A stretch of 64,000 bases of DNA from Tepidisphaeraceae bacterium (GTDB lineage: Bacteria > Planctomycetota > Phycisphaerae > Tepidisphaerales > Tepidisphaeraceae). The DNA is taken from the NCBI GenBank assembly GCA_965214125.1, contig CBDCBA010000011.1, positions 1 to 64,000 on the forward strand, given 5' to 3'. The translations under genes and the position numbers were made by a program. Positions 17,901 through 25,654 of the stretch are shown here, piece after piece. Each line of letters begins with the position of its first letter. Positions within the stretch are counted from its first letter, which is position 1. The notes under the pieces were generated by a model. It saw only the letters and a list, made by a program, of their open reading frames with translations. It had not been told where the DNA came from and did no database searches.

Positions 17901-18057
17901 AAGCGGCGACGAATGGCTGACCGAGCTCTCCACCGGCGAGCTGCGCGAGTACCTGTCGCTGTCGCGGTCGGACCTGAGCGACCTCGACCTGGGTGATGAC
18001 GATGACGACGAAGAACTTCCCTCATCCGCCAGCCTCGCGGGCGTGGAGGCCGCATGA
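14911..18057 (+). CDS. SNF2-family helicase with ~500-aa N-terminal domain (SWIM-like Cys/His patch)
   Basis: [35 protein letters not shown] (motif I), DEAQKIKN (motif II), ...[10 protein letters not shown], and C-terminal helicase motifs ([44 protein letters not shown]). N-terminal [11 protein letters not shown] patch; a conserved [20 protein letters not shown]...[10 protein letters not shown] segment precedes the ATPase. Confidence 0.9.
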   Translation: [1048 protein letters not shown]

Positions 18058-18326
18058 GCGATACGACGAACGACACTGAAACGGGTGCCCCGGCCGCGGA
18101 CGCTGCGACCGATCCCGTGGCCTTCTGGCAAAGCGGCGGCGGGATCGACCAGCTCGCCGACCCGCGTCCGTTCGGGCACGAGAACGCCCTGCAAAAACTC
18201 GGCCGCCCGCCGTTCGACAAGAGCGCCCGCAGCAAGTTCCGCCTGCTCGGCTTCCTCGCGACCGTATACGAACACGTGCGCGACGACGTAAATGAGGATG
18301 GCGGGGCACCAGAAGAAGGTCGATAG
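18054..18326 (+). CDS. Small hypothetical protein, translationally coupled to the SNF2 gene (ATGA overlap)
   Basis: 90-aa ORF whose ATG overlaps the helicase stop by 4 nt; acidic N-terminus, no recognisable domain. Its stop codon is the first nt of a REP-C palindrome. Confidence 0.4.
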   Translation: MSDTTNDTETGAPAADAATDPVAFWQSGGGIDQLADPRPFGHENALQKLGRPPFDKSARSKFRLLGFLATVYEHVRDDVNEDGGAPEEGR

Positions 18327-18398
18327 CCGCGACGCAACGCGGCGCGGTCGGGAGTCGCTGCGACACCGTCAGACCACGCCGCGTTGCGTCGCGGCTAT
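18323..18398. repeat. REP-like element family C copy 1 (22-bp perfect IR atagccgcgacgcaacgcggcg / cgccgcgttgcgtcgcggctat, ~32-nt loop)
   Basis: Between convergent small ORF 18054..18326 and hexokinase; the loop sequence (gtcgctgcgacaccgtcagacca) resembles the loop of copy 2. Confidence 0.75.
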
Positions 18399-18425
18399 CA
18401 CGCGTTTTGTGCAACGCATGCCTGT

Positions 18426-19652
18426 CTACGTTCGCGCCAGCAGCGCGGCGCAGGCGGCGCCGACGAAGTTGGCGCTCGGCTTGCCGGGCTGGTCGTCGTG
18501 CGTGAAGAGCTCGACGCGCACGCCGGGCAACAGCGTGTCGAGACGCGAGCGAACGCGGTCGATGTAGCCGGCGGTTTTGGTCAGGAACGATCCCTCGCCC
18601 AGGACCGCCACGCGGCCGGGGTCGGCGTAGTAGCGGACGAGGCCGGCGATCTTCGCGGCGACGAGGTCGGCCGAGCGATCAACGAGCACTCGGGCGCATC
18701 GGCCGGCAAAGTCATCGCGGGACCGCAGTTCCACCAGGTCCGCCCCGGCGTCGGCGGCGTCGGGATCGAAACCGTCCGGGGCCGCGTCGCGGGCGAGCCG
18801 GGCGAACAGGTGTGGCAGGTAGCTGCCGGCCATCGCCTTCTCGAAGCGCTGCCCGCCGACGTTGCCGCCGCTGTGCGTGCGGTCGAAGTCGTCGTCAAGG
18901 TCGGTCAGGTGGCGCGGGTGGAAGTTGCCGCTTTCGAGGTTGACCGCGATCTCCTCCTCCGCCCAATCGCCCTGGAGCTTGCCGACATCCTTCGCCGAAA
19001 GAAACGCCGCCGTATTCGTGCCGGTGCCGGCGATCAGGCCGATGTAGCGGTCCGCCGTCGGACGATCAACGACGGCAGCGAGCAGCGTGGCGACCGTGTC
19101 GTTGACCGTGAAGATCGACGGCACGTCGCCTTCGACCAGATCATTCAGGCGATTCTTCAGGCGTTCCGCGACGTTCTCGCCTTCGAGGCTTTGCAGTTGC
19201 ACGTCCTTCGTCCAGTGAATCAGCTTGGCCGTGCCGTCGGGCTGGATCTCGGCCGGGTAGCTGAAGCAGTAGCCGACGGGCAGGGCGCGATTGTTCGTCG
19301 CCTTGGCGGCAAGTTGTGCTTGGCGGTCGAAGAAACCGTCGGGCGTGACGTTGCCGGGCTGCTTAGCCTCGGTCATCAGGCGGTCGTCCTTGTTGACGAC
19401 GCCGAGCGAGTCGGCGGTGCCCGGCCCGACGCGCACGCCGCCGGCCCGCAGGTTCGTGCCGCCCAGATCAATGACACACGCCTCCCCCGCCGGCGGCTGG
19501 TCCGGCTTGGGCAGGTACGCCGGCAGGCACTTCAGTTCCGGATTCGCGCCGCTGAGCCCGTCGCGCAGCGTCTGGGTGAAGTCGTCGCGGATGTCGGCAA
19601 GCTGGGCGTCGCTCAGGCGAAACGGCGAAAGGTCGGCGGTGGCGGCGGGCAT
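18426..19652 (-). CDS. Hexokinase-family sugar kinase
   Basis: ACVIDLGGTNLRAGGVRV (phosphate-1 motif LDLGGTNFRV-like), GLIAGTGTNTAAF (phosphate-2), ~400 aa. Confidence 0.75.
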   Translation of the reverse strand: MPAATADLSPFRLSDAQLADIRDDFTQTLRDGLSGANPELKCLPAYLPKPDQPPAGEACVIDLGGTNLRAGGVRVGPGTADSLGVVNKDDRLMTEAKQPGNVTPDGFFDRQAQLAAKATNNRALPVGYCFSYPAEIQPDGTAKLIHWTKDVQLQSLEGENVAERLKNRLNDLVEGDVPSIFTVNDTVATLLAAVVDRPTADRYIGLIAGTGTNTAAFLSAKDVGKLQGDWAEEEIAVNLESGNFHPRHLTDLDDDFDRTHSGGNVGGQRFEKAMAGSYLPHLFARLARDAAPDGFDPDAADAGADLVELRSRDDFAGRCARVLVDRSADLVAAKIAGLVRYYADPGRVAVLGEGSFLTKTAGYIDRVRSRLDTLLPGVRVELFTHDDQPGKPSANFVGAACAALLART

Positions 19653-19666
19653 GGTCGGCGAGTGTA

Positions 19667-20935
19667 GTGGCGTTGCCGCTACTGTCTGCCGTGCCCGATG
19701 CCGCGACCGCCGATCTTCCCTTCGCCACGCCCGATTTGCCCGGCGTGGGCGGCGTCATGCGGCAGCGGCCCGAGGATTTCTTCGTCCAGGAGATTCCGCT
19801 CTACGACGCCAGCGGCGAGGGGGACCACATCCTCTTCGAAATCCAGAAGGTCGGCTTCACCACGCGCGAGGCCGTCAGCCGCATCGCCCGCGAGCTCGGG
19901 CTCTCGCCTCGCGACGTCGGCTACGCGGGGCTGAAGGATCGCCACGCGATCACGCGACAGCACCTGACCGTGCCGATGAAGAACGGTGTCGACGAGGAGC
20001 GCGTGATGCGGCTGGAGCTCGACGACATCATCCCGCAGTGGGCCGACCGGCACGGCAACAAGCTCAAGATGGGCCACCTCGCGGGCAACCGCTTCGCGGT
20101 GCGGCTGCGCGAGGTGGACCCGATGCAGGTCGTCCGTTTGCGGCCGATCCTCGACCGGCTCGCCCGCGACGGCCTGCCCAACTACTACGGCGAGCAACGC
20201 TTTGGCCGTGACCCGCACCGGCCCAATGACAGGCTCGGCCTGCTGCTGCTTCGCGGCGATTTGCAGGGATTCTGCGACGCCTACCTTGGCGGCGAGGACG
20301 ATCGCGAGGACGTTGCAGAGGCGCGGCGGCGCTACGACCAGGAGGGCCCCGCCGCTGCGTTGGAGGTGTGGCCGAAGAACATCCGCTCTGAGCACCGCGT
20401 CCTCGAGGCGCTCGCGCGGACGGGCGATCCCGTCGCGGCGGTGAGGACGCTTGACCGCAAGCTGCGCCAGCTTCTGGAAAATGCGGCACAGTCGGCGGTG
20501 TTTAATGCCGTCGTTGCCGAGCGGGTGACGCGGGGGCAACTCGCGACGGTGTTGGCCGGGGACGTTGCGGTGAAGCACGTGGAGGCTCTCAAGACGAGCG
20601 GGCGCTTAGTTGTGGAGGACGTCGCGGCCGAGCAGCCGCGATGCGTGGCTTGGGAAATCAGCCCGACGGCACCGTTGCCCGGCGGCAAGGTCAAGCCGAC
20701 CCCGACCGGCGACGCCGCAGCGATGGAGGCGGCGGTGCTCGACCGGCTGGGCGTGTCGGCTCGCGACTTCTCCCGCATGCCCGGCGAACGCCGTCCCGCC
20801 CGCGTGCGGCCGGTTGACACAAAGCTCTCCAGCGGCGTCGACGAGCACGGCGGGCAGATCACGGCCGTCTTCACCCTGCCCGCCGGCTCGTTCGCGACCA
20901 CGCTCATGCGTGAGCTGACCAAGTCGTCGGTCTAG
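19667..20935 (+). CDS. truD: tRNA pseudouridine(13) synthase
   Basis: PEDFFVQEIP...GEGDHILFEIQKVGFTTREAV...GYAGLKDRHAITRQHL...NYYGEQRFG...LPAGSFATTLMREL parallels E. coli TruD along its length. The ATG at 19667 is only 14 bp from the divergent hexokinase start; an internal start near MRQRPEDF (~19757) is possible. Confidence 0.8.
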   Translation: MALPLLSAVPDAATADLPFATPDLPGVGGVMRQRPEDFFVQEIPLYDASGEGDHILFEIQKVGFTTREAVSRIARELGLSPRDVGYAGLKDRHAITRQHLTVPMKNGVDEERVMRLELDDIIPQWADRHGNKLKMGHLAGNRFAVRLREVDPMQVVRLRPILDRLARDGLPNYYGEQRFGRDPHRPNDRLGLLLLRGDLQGFCDAYLGGEDDREDVAEARRRYDQEGPAAALEVWPKNIRSEHRVLEALARTGDPVAAVRTLDRKLRQLLENAAQSAVFNAVVAERVTRGQLATVLAGDVAVKHVEALKTSGRLVVEDVAAEQPRCVAWEISPTAPLPGGKVKPTPTGDAAAMEAAVLDRLGVSARDFSRMPGERRPARVRPVDTKLSSGVDEHGGQITAVFTLPAGSFATTLMRELTKSSV

Positions 20936-20960
20936 CCGCGACTCGTTGAGTCGCGGCTAG
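20932..20960. terminator. Bidirectional terminator-like hairpin between convergent truD and nth (ctagccgcgactc-gttg-gagtcgcggctag)
   Basis: Perfect 13-bp stem and 4-nt loop that overlap the truD stop codon and sit 2-3 nt from the nth stop. Confidence 0.5.
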
Positions 20961-21643
20961 GCCGACTTTTCGCATTCCTTCAGGATCTTCGGTCCGGTCG
21001 GGCAGTGCTCGAACAGGGGGCAGGCCTCGCACTTGGGAGACCGTGCCGTGCAGACGCGGCGGCCGTGGTGGATCAGCAGGTGCGACCAGTCCGTCCACTC
21101 CGCTTGCGGCACGATCGCCATTAGGTCGGCCTCGACCTTCAAGGCGTCGTCGTGTTTGGTCAGCCCGAGCCGCCGCGACAGGCGGCCGACGTGGGTGTCG
21201 ACCGTCACGCCAATGTTGATGCCAAAGGCGTTGCCGAGGACGACGTTGGCCGTTTTGCGGCCGACGCCGCGAAGCTGGGTCAGCTCCTCCATCGTCCGCG
21301 GCACCTCGCCGCGGTGCTGCTCGGCGACACTTTGGGCCATGTTGCGAATGCTTTTGGCCTTCTGGCGAAAAAATCCGCAGGAGGCGACGAGCGTTTCGAG
21401 CTCCTCCGGATCGGCCGCGGCGTAGTCGGAGGCGGCGCGGTACTTGGCAAACAGCGCGGGCGTGGTCTTGTTCACGCGCTCGTCGGTGCATTGGGCCGAC
21501 AGGATCGTCGCGACGAGCAGTTCCAGCGGCGAGCGGAAGGTCAGGCTGCACCTCGCATCAGGGTGCTCGGCCTTTAGGATCGGCAGGACCGCGGCCACAC
21601 GCTCGCGGCGCTTCGTCACCGTCGCCGACTCACGCTTGGCCAT
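20957..21643 (-). CDS. nth: Endonuclease III
   Basis: HhH-GPD fold with LTQLRGVGRKTANVVL and C-terminal 4Fe-4S loop CTARSPKCEACPLFEHC. Start at M26 (MAKRESAT). Confidence 0.85.
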   Translation of the reverse strand: MAKRESATVTKRRERVAAVLPILKAEHPDARCSLTFRSPLELLVATILSAQCTDERVNKTTPALFAKYRAASDYAAADPEELETLVASCGFFRQKAKSIRNMAQSVAEQHRGEVPRTMEELTQLRGVGRKTANVVLGNAFGINIGVTVDTHVGRLSRRLGLTKHDDALKVEADLMAIVPQAEWTDWSHLLIHHGRRVCTARSPKCEACPLFEHCPTGPKILKECEKSA

Positions 21644-21668
21644 GCGCCGACAGTAGCCCGCTGCGACA

Positions 21669-21756
21669 CCAAACCGCGTTGCAACGCAACGCTGGTCCGG
21701 CTTTCCGCGTCGCTGCACGTTCGCTCAGACCAGCGTTGCGTTGCAACGCGGTTTGG
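21669..21756. repeat. REP-C copy 2 (29-bp IR ccaaaccgcgttgcaacgcaacgctggtc / gaccagcgttgcgttgcaacgcggtttgg)
   Basis: Lies between nth and the downstream membrane-protein gene on the minus strand; shares the aaccgcgttgc...gcaacgcggtt core with copies 1 and 3. Confidence 0.75.
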
Positions 21757-21764
21757 GGAGCTAA

Positions 21765-22349
21765 TCACGAGAAGTCGAACGTCACGCCGCCGGTCAGGCC
21801 GAGGCCGACGGCGGTGAAGATGACCAGGCCCAGCAGGGTGAAGAGCGTCGTTTGCAGTAGCAGCAGGCTCTCGCGTTGCAGTTCGTCGAAGCGTTCGATG
21901 GCGGGGTTGGCGACGTCGGGCTCGTCGGCATTGTCGACGTAGTCCTGCCGGGCGGCCTCGGCTTTGGGACGCACGGCCCGCGCGTCGTAGACCGTCAGCG
22001 CGGCGGCGAGGACCAGCAGGACCGTCCGCACCAGGGGAAGCACAAAGTCGCGGTTGCCCTGGGCCACCATCGCCCACTCCCCCGCCTGCGCCAGCGCGAG
22101 CGCGACCATGCAGACCAGGCTCACGCGCCACAGCGACCCAAGCAGTTGCGACACGACGTTCGCCGACAGCAGGCTGCTGTGCTGGCGATCGAGGTTGACG
22201 CTCAGCACGGTTGGCAGGGTCGGGTCGGCGTCGCGGACGACGCGGTGGACCACACCGGCGGCGAGCATGACAAAGAGCGTCCCACCGAACCAGGCGCTCA
22301 GCGCCGTCCAGTAGACGATCGAGATCAGCGTCAGCGGCGACAGGTCCAC
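21765..22349 (-). CDS. Hypothetical integral membrane protein (4-5 TM)
   Basis: 194-aa ORF with multiple hydrophobic segments; no recognised motif. Confidence 0.45.
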   Translation of the reverse strand: MDLSPLTLISIVYWTALSAWFGGTLFVMLAAGVVHRVVRDADPTLPTVLSVNLDRQHSSLLSANVVSQLLGSLWRVSLVCMVALALAQAGEWAMVAQGNRDFVLPLVRTVLLVLAAALTVYDARAVRPKAEAARQDYVDNADEPDVANPAIERFDELQRESLLLLQTTLFTLLGLVIFTAVGLGLTGGVTFDFS

Positions 22350-22372
22350 GCCATCACACTACGCCGCGGCCG

Positions 22373-23233
22373 TCACTCGCCCGCGCGGCCGACGACCGCG
22401 ATGCCGAGCCGGTCGGCCATCGCCAGCACTTTGTCGCGCTCGAGTAGAATCACCTGACCAGCCTCCAGGCAGAGGCAGGCGCCACCGGCGGCGTGCAAAT
22501 GCTCGATCGTCCCCACGCCGATCGTCGGCACGTCCATGCGCGGATCGTGCCGCGTGTTGCCACGCTTGACGAGGGTCCAACGCCCGCCGCGGCAGAGTTG
22601 GCCGGCGCGATCGATCATGGCGTTTGTCCCCTCGGTCGCCTCGACGGCAATCACGTCGCGATCGCGGACGGCGACGGCCTGGCCGACATCCTCGGCCGTA
22701 AGCAGGCCGCAGACGCGCCAGCCGCGGTCGATCGAGCGTTGCTGCGCCTCGGTCGGCTGAACCGAACCCATCGTGCCGGCGCTGGCCATCTGCTCGCGGG
22801 TGTAGGCGGTGGAGTCGATCAAGGTAATGCCCCGGTCTTGCAGAAGTTGGGCGGTTTTGAGCAGCACGGTCTCCGAGCGGCGATCGCGGCGTAGGACGGT
22901 GGCCCAGGCCCAGAAGGTCGTCCAGTCGGGCACCTGCCGCAAGGCCCAGAGCCACTCGTGCTTCACGTGCATCGCCTGCTTTTTCACCCGGCCGACCATG
23001 ATCGCCTCGCTCGCCCCGTGACGGCGCAGGAAGCGGGCCCAGCTCGTCAGTCGCACGAAGCTGACGGGCCGGTAGGCGTCGACCTCGCTCGCCAGGGCCG
23101 GGTCGGCGATGCCGTCGAAGCCAACGCACACCACCCGCCGCCCCGCCGCCCGTGCCCCGCGGGCGACGAGGAACGGGAAAACGCCCTCGCCGGCGATTAG
23201 GCCAAGGGGGGCGTTGTCACGGGTCGGCGTCAC
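22373..23233 (-). CDS. LpxI-like (DUF1009) putative UDP-2,3-diacylglucosamine hydrolase
   Basis: PLGLIAGEGVFP N-terminal motif and ~285-aa length fit the LpxI family. The longest ORF (to 23329) would start inside a REP-B palindrome; a GTG at ~23233 (VTPTRDNAPLGLIAG) is more plausible. Confidence 0.5.
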   Translation of the reverse strand: MTPTRDNAPLGLIAGEGVFPFLVARGARAAGRRVVCVGFDGIADPALASEVDAYRPVSFVRLTSWARFLRRHGASEAIMVGRVKKQAMHVKHEWLWALRQVPDWTTFWAWATVLRRDRRSETVLLKTAQLLQDRGITLIDSTAYTREQMASAGTMGSVQPTEAQQRSIDRGWRVCGLLTAEDVGQAVAVRDRDVIAVEATEGTNAMIDRAGQLCRGGRWTLVKRGNTRHDPRMDVPTIGVGTIEHLHAAGGACLCLEAGQVILLERDKVLAMADRLGIAVVGRAGE

Positions 23234-23291
23234 GCGGGCGGCAGCATAACGGGTGCGCGATCTGCGAAGTGGTGCCGCGGTTCTCTTTCGC

Positions 23292-23360
23292 GTTAGCCGC
23301 CCCGCCTCGCGGGGCGAGCGCGTGGCCATCGAGCGCCCCGCGAGGCGGGGCGGCTAAAGG
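23292..23360. repeat. REP-like palindromic element, family B copy 1 (TTAGCCGCCCCGCCTCGCGGGGCG ... CGCCCCGCGAGGCGGGGCGGCTAA)
   Basis: ~23-bp GC-rich arms with ~20-nt spacer, in the divergent region between the lpxI-like (-) and PqqD-like (+) genes. Confidence 0.8.
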
Positions 23361-23441
23361 GGAACCGCCAGATCAGGCGCAGTTCCATCGCTTCCTCAGG
23401 AACAGGCGCAAGCGGGCGCGTCGCGCGTAACGTGACGCCGC

Positions 23442-23837
23442 ATGTTCGGCCGTCGAAAGAAGCTGACGAATCTTGTCCCGCCGGTCGAGGCGATGAAGGC
23501 CAAGCCGGTGCGGGCGGTCGAGGCGACCGTCGAGCGCGACAGCGACCGCGGGGGCAAGGTGACGGTGCCGCTGCGCCCCGACGCCTTCGGCTTCGTGGGC
23601 CGCCTGCTCCGGTTGCCGCCGGGGGCGAGCAAGACCTTCGAGCTCGACGCGGTCGGGTTGTTCGTCTGGGACCGCGTGGACGGCCAGACGAGCGTGCGGG
23701 AGATCGCCCGAAAGCTCGCCGCCGAGTACCAGCTCGACGTGCGCGTGGCCGAGGTGTCAACAGCGCAGTTCCTCAAGACGCTGCTCCGCCGCGGGCTGAT
23801 CGGCATGCCCATGCCGAAGTTGGCCAAGCCGCGGTGA
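23442..23837 (+). CDS. PqqD-family protein (RiPP-recognition-element-like)
   Basis: ELDAVGLFVWDRVDGQTSVREIARKLAAEYQLDVRVAEVSTAQFLKTLLRRGLI matches the PqqD/RRE winged-helix signature (G..IW.LLDG.RTV.EI...L...Y.VD...AE.DV..FL..L...GL). It has a 45-aa basic N-terminal extension. Confidence 0.55.
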   Translation: MFGRRKKLTNLVPPVEAMKAKPVRAVEATVERDSDRGGKVTVPLRPDAFGFVGRLLRLPPGASKTFELDAVGLFVWDRVDGQTSVREIARKLAAEYQLDVRVAEVSTAQFLKTLLRRGLIGMPMPKLAKPR

Positions 23838-23931
23838 GTTCGTGCCGCGACGCACAATCGGGTACGTTGGCGGCGTGACGTCGGCCGCCGTTCCAGGGTC
23901 CGTTGAGGTACGCAAGCAGGTGCGCCTGCCC

Positions 23932-24861
23932 ATGTCCAGGGCGGCGGAGATTGCCTACAAGAACATCCGCCTGCGGCTGGGGCGGTCGGCCCTAGTGGCG
24001 AGTGCCATCGTGCTGGCCTTGGCGTTCTTCGTGAGCATCCAGGTGAACCAGCTCGTGCTCGACGGCATGCGCGGCTGGATCGCCGCGTTTGCCGAGTCGC
24101 CCACGGGGCGCGATCTGCTCGAGCGACGCGATCAACTCCGCGGCGAGCGCGACGCGGCCGTCGATGCGCTGCGTCTCGCGCTCTCGGCCAACCCCGATGG
24201 ACCGGCCGGCGACATCGAGAGGCGCTTCGGCGCCACGCCCGACGTGCTGCGCGAACAAGTTGGCCGGCTGCCCGTGGGCAACGCTGCCTTGGCCCGAGCG
24301 GCCGCCGACGACGGCGCGGCCACGGCCTTCGATCGCTGGCTCGCCGCCTCCCGCGACCTGGCCGCCGTCCGCGATCAACTCGGCCGGCCCGAGCAGCTGC
24401 GCATCACGCTCAGCGAGGGGGGCGTCGCGACCACGCCCGAGAAGATCGCCGGCGATCGCGTTCGGACTCGCTGGCTCAGCGGCCTGGCGTTGCTCGTCGC
24501 GTTTGCGGGGATTCTCAACGCGATGCTGATGAGCGTAACCGAGCGTTTCCGCGAAATCGGCACGATGAAATGCCTGGGCGCCCTCGACGGCTTCATCATC
24601 AAGCTCTTCCTGCTGGAAAGCGCGATCCAGGGCCTGGTCGGCACGCTGCTGGGCGTGACGCTGGGGGTCGGCCTGTCGCTGGCGCTGGCGTGGGGTACGT
24701 ACGGGGGCGACGCCTTCGTGAACCTGCCGTGGGGGGCGGTCGCGATCGTGTCGGGGATCGCGCTGGTGGTCGGCACGCTGCTGACGATTGGCGGCGCATT
24801 GCTGCCCGCGTACCAGGCCGCCCGCATGCCGCCGATTGAGGCGATGCGCACCGACGTTTGA
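23932..24861 (+). CDS. ABC transporter permease, FtsX-like family (4 TM, periplasmic domain)
   Basis: N-terminal EIAYKNIRLRLGRSALVASAIVLALAFFV TM1; C-terminal ERFREIGTMKCLGALDGFIIKLFLLESAIQGLVG FtsX motif, plus 3 more TM. An alternative start at 23842 is directly after the PqqD-like stop. Confidence 0.75.
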   Translation: MSRAAEIAYKNIRLRLGRSALVASAIVLALAFFVSIQVNQLVLDGMRGWIAAFAESPTGRDLLERRDQLRGERDAAVDALRLALSANPDGPAGDIERRFGATPDVLREQVGRLPVGNAALARAAADDGAATAFDRWLAASRDLAAVRDQLGRPEQLRITLSEGGVATTPEKIAGDRVRTRWLSGLALLVAFAGILNAMLMSVTERFREIGTMKCLGALDGFIIKLFLLESAIQGLVGTLLGVTLGVGLSLALAWGTYGGDAFVNLPWGAVAIVSGIALVVGTLLTIGGALLPAYQAARMPPIEAMRTDV

Positions 24862-24871
24862 ACCACTTCCC

Positions 24872-25651
24872 ATGACCGTCGCCACCACGCCACCGCCCGT
24901 CACGCTTGCCGAGACGACCGTCCGCACAATCGACGTGAAGCGCGTCTACAAGATGGGCGGCGAGGAGGTCCACGCGCTGAAGGGCGTCGACGTGAAAATC
25001 GACCGAGGCGAGTACATCTCGATCATGGGGCCCAGCGGCAGCGGCAAGAGCACGCTCTTCAACATGATCGGCGGGCTCGACAAGCCTAGCAGCGGCAAGG
25101 TCTTCATCGACGAGGTCGACATCGCCCAGCTCGACGCTTACGAGCTCGCCTGGATGCGCTGCCACAAGATTGGCTACATCTTCCAGACCTTCAACCTGAT
25201 GCCGGTGCAGACGGCCTTGGAGAACGTGATGCTGCCGATGGTCTTCGCCGGCATGAATCAAAGCGAAGCCCAGGACAAGGCCGCCGACATCCTGAAGCGC
25301 GTGGAGCTCGGGCACCGCCTGTTCAACAAGCCCGGCGAGATGTCGGGCGGCCAGCAGCAGCGCGTGGCGATCGCACGGGCGTTCGCGAACGATCCGAGCA
25401 TCATCCTGGCCGACGAGCCGACGGGAAACCTCGACCTGCACACGGGCAAGCTCATCATCGCCCTGCTGCGCGATTTGAACCAGGAGCGCGGCGTGACGGT
25501 GATTTCCGCCACGCACGACTACAAAATGCTCAAGATCAGCGACCGCATCATCTGGATCGCCGACGGCCGGGTCGACAAGATTCAGAAGGCCGAGGACCTG
25601 AACATCCAGGAAGGCACGATGCAGGGCATCACCGGCGACGCGGAGCAGTGA
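24872..25651 (+). CDS. ABC transporter ATP-binding protein (MacB/LolD-type)
   Basis: Walker [11 protein letters not shown]-loop, signature [13 protein letters not shown], Walker [13 protein letters not shown]-loop ATHD. Confidence 0.85.
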   Translation: MTVATTPPPVTLAETTVRTIDVKRVYKMGGEEVHALKGVDVKIDRGEYISIMGPSGSGKSTLFNMIGGLDKPSSGKVFIDEVDIAQLDAYELAWMRCHKIGYIFQTFNLMPVQTALENVMLPMVFAGMNQSEAQDKAADILKRVELGHRLFNKPGEMSGGQQQRVAIARAFANDPSIILADEPTGNLDLHTGKLIIALLRDLNQERGVTVISATHDYKMLKISDRIIWIADGRVDKIQKAEDLNIQEGTMQGITGDAEQ

Positions 25652-25654
25652 GGC

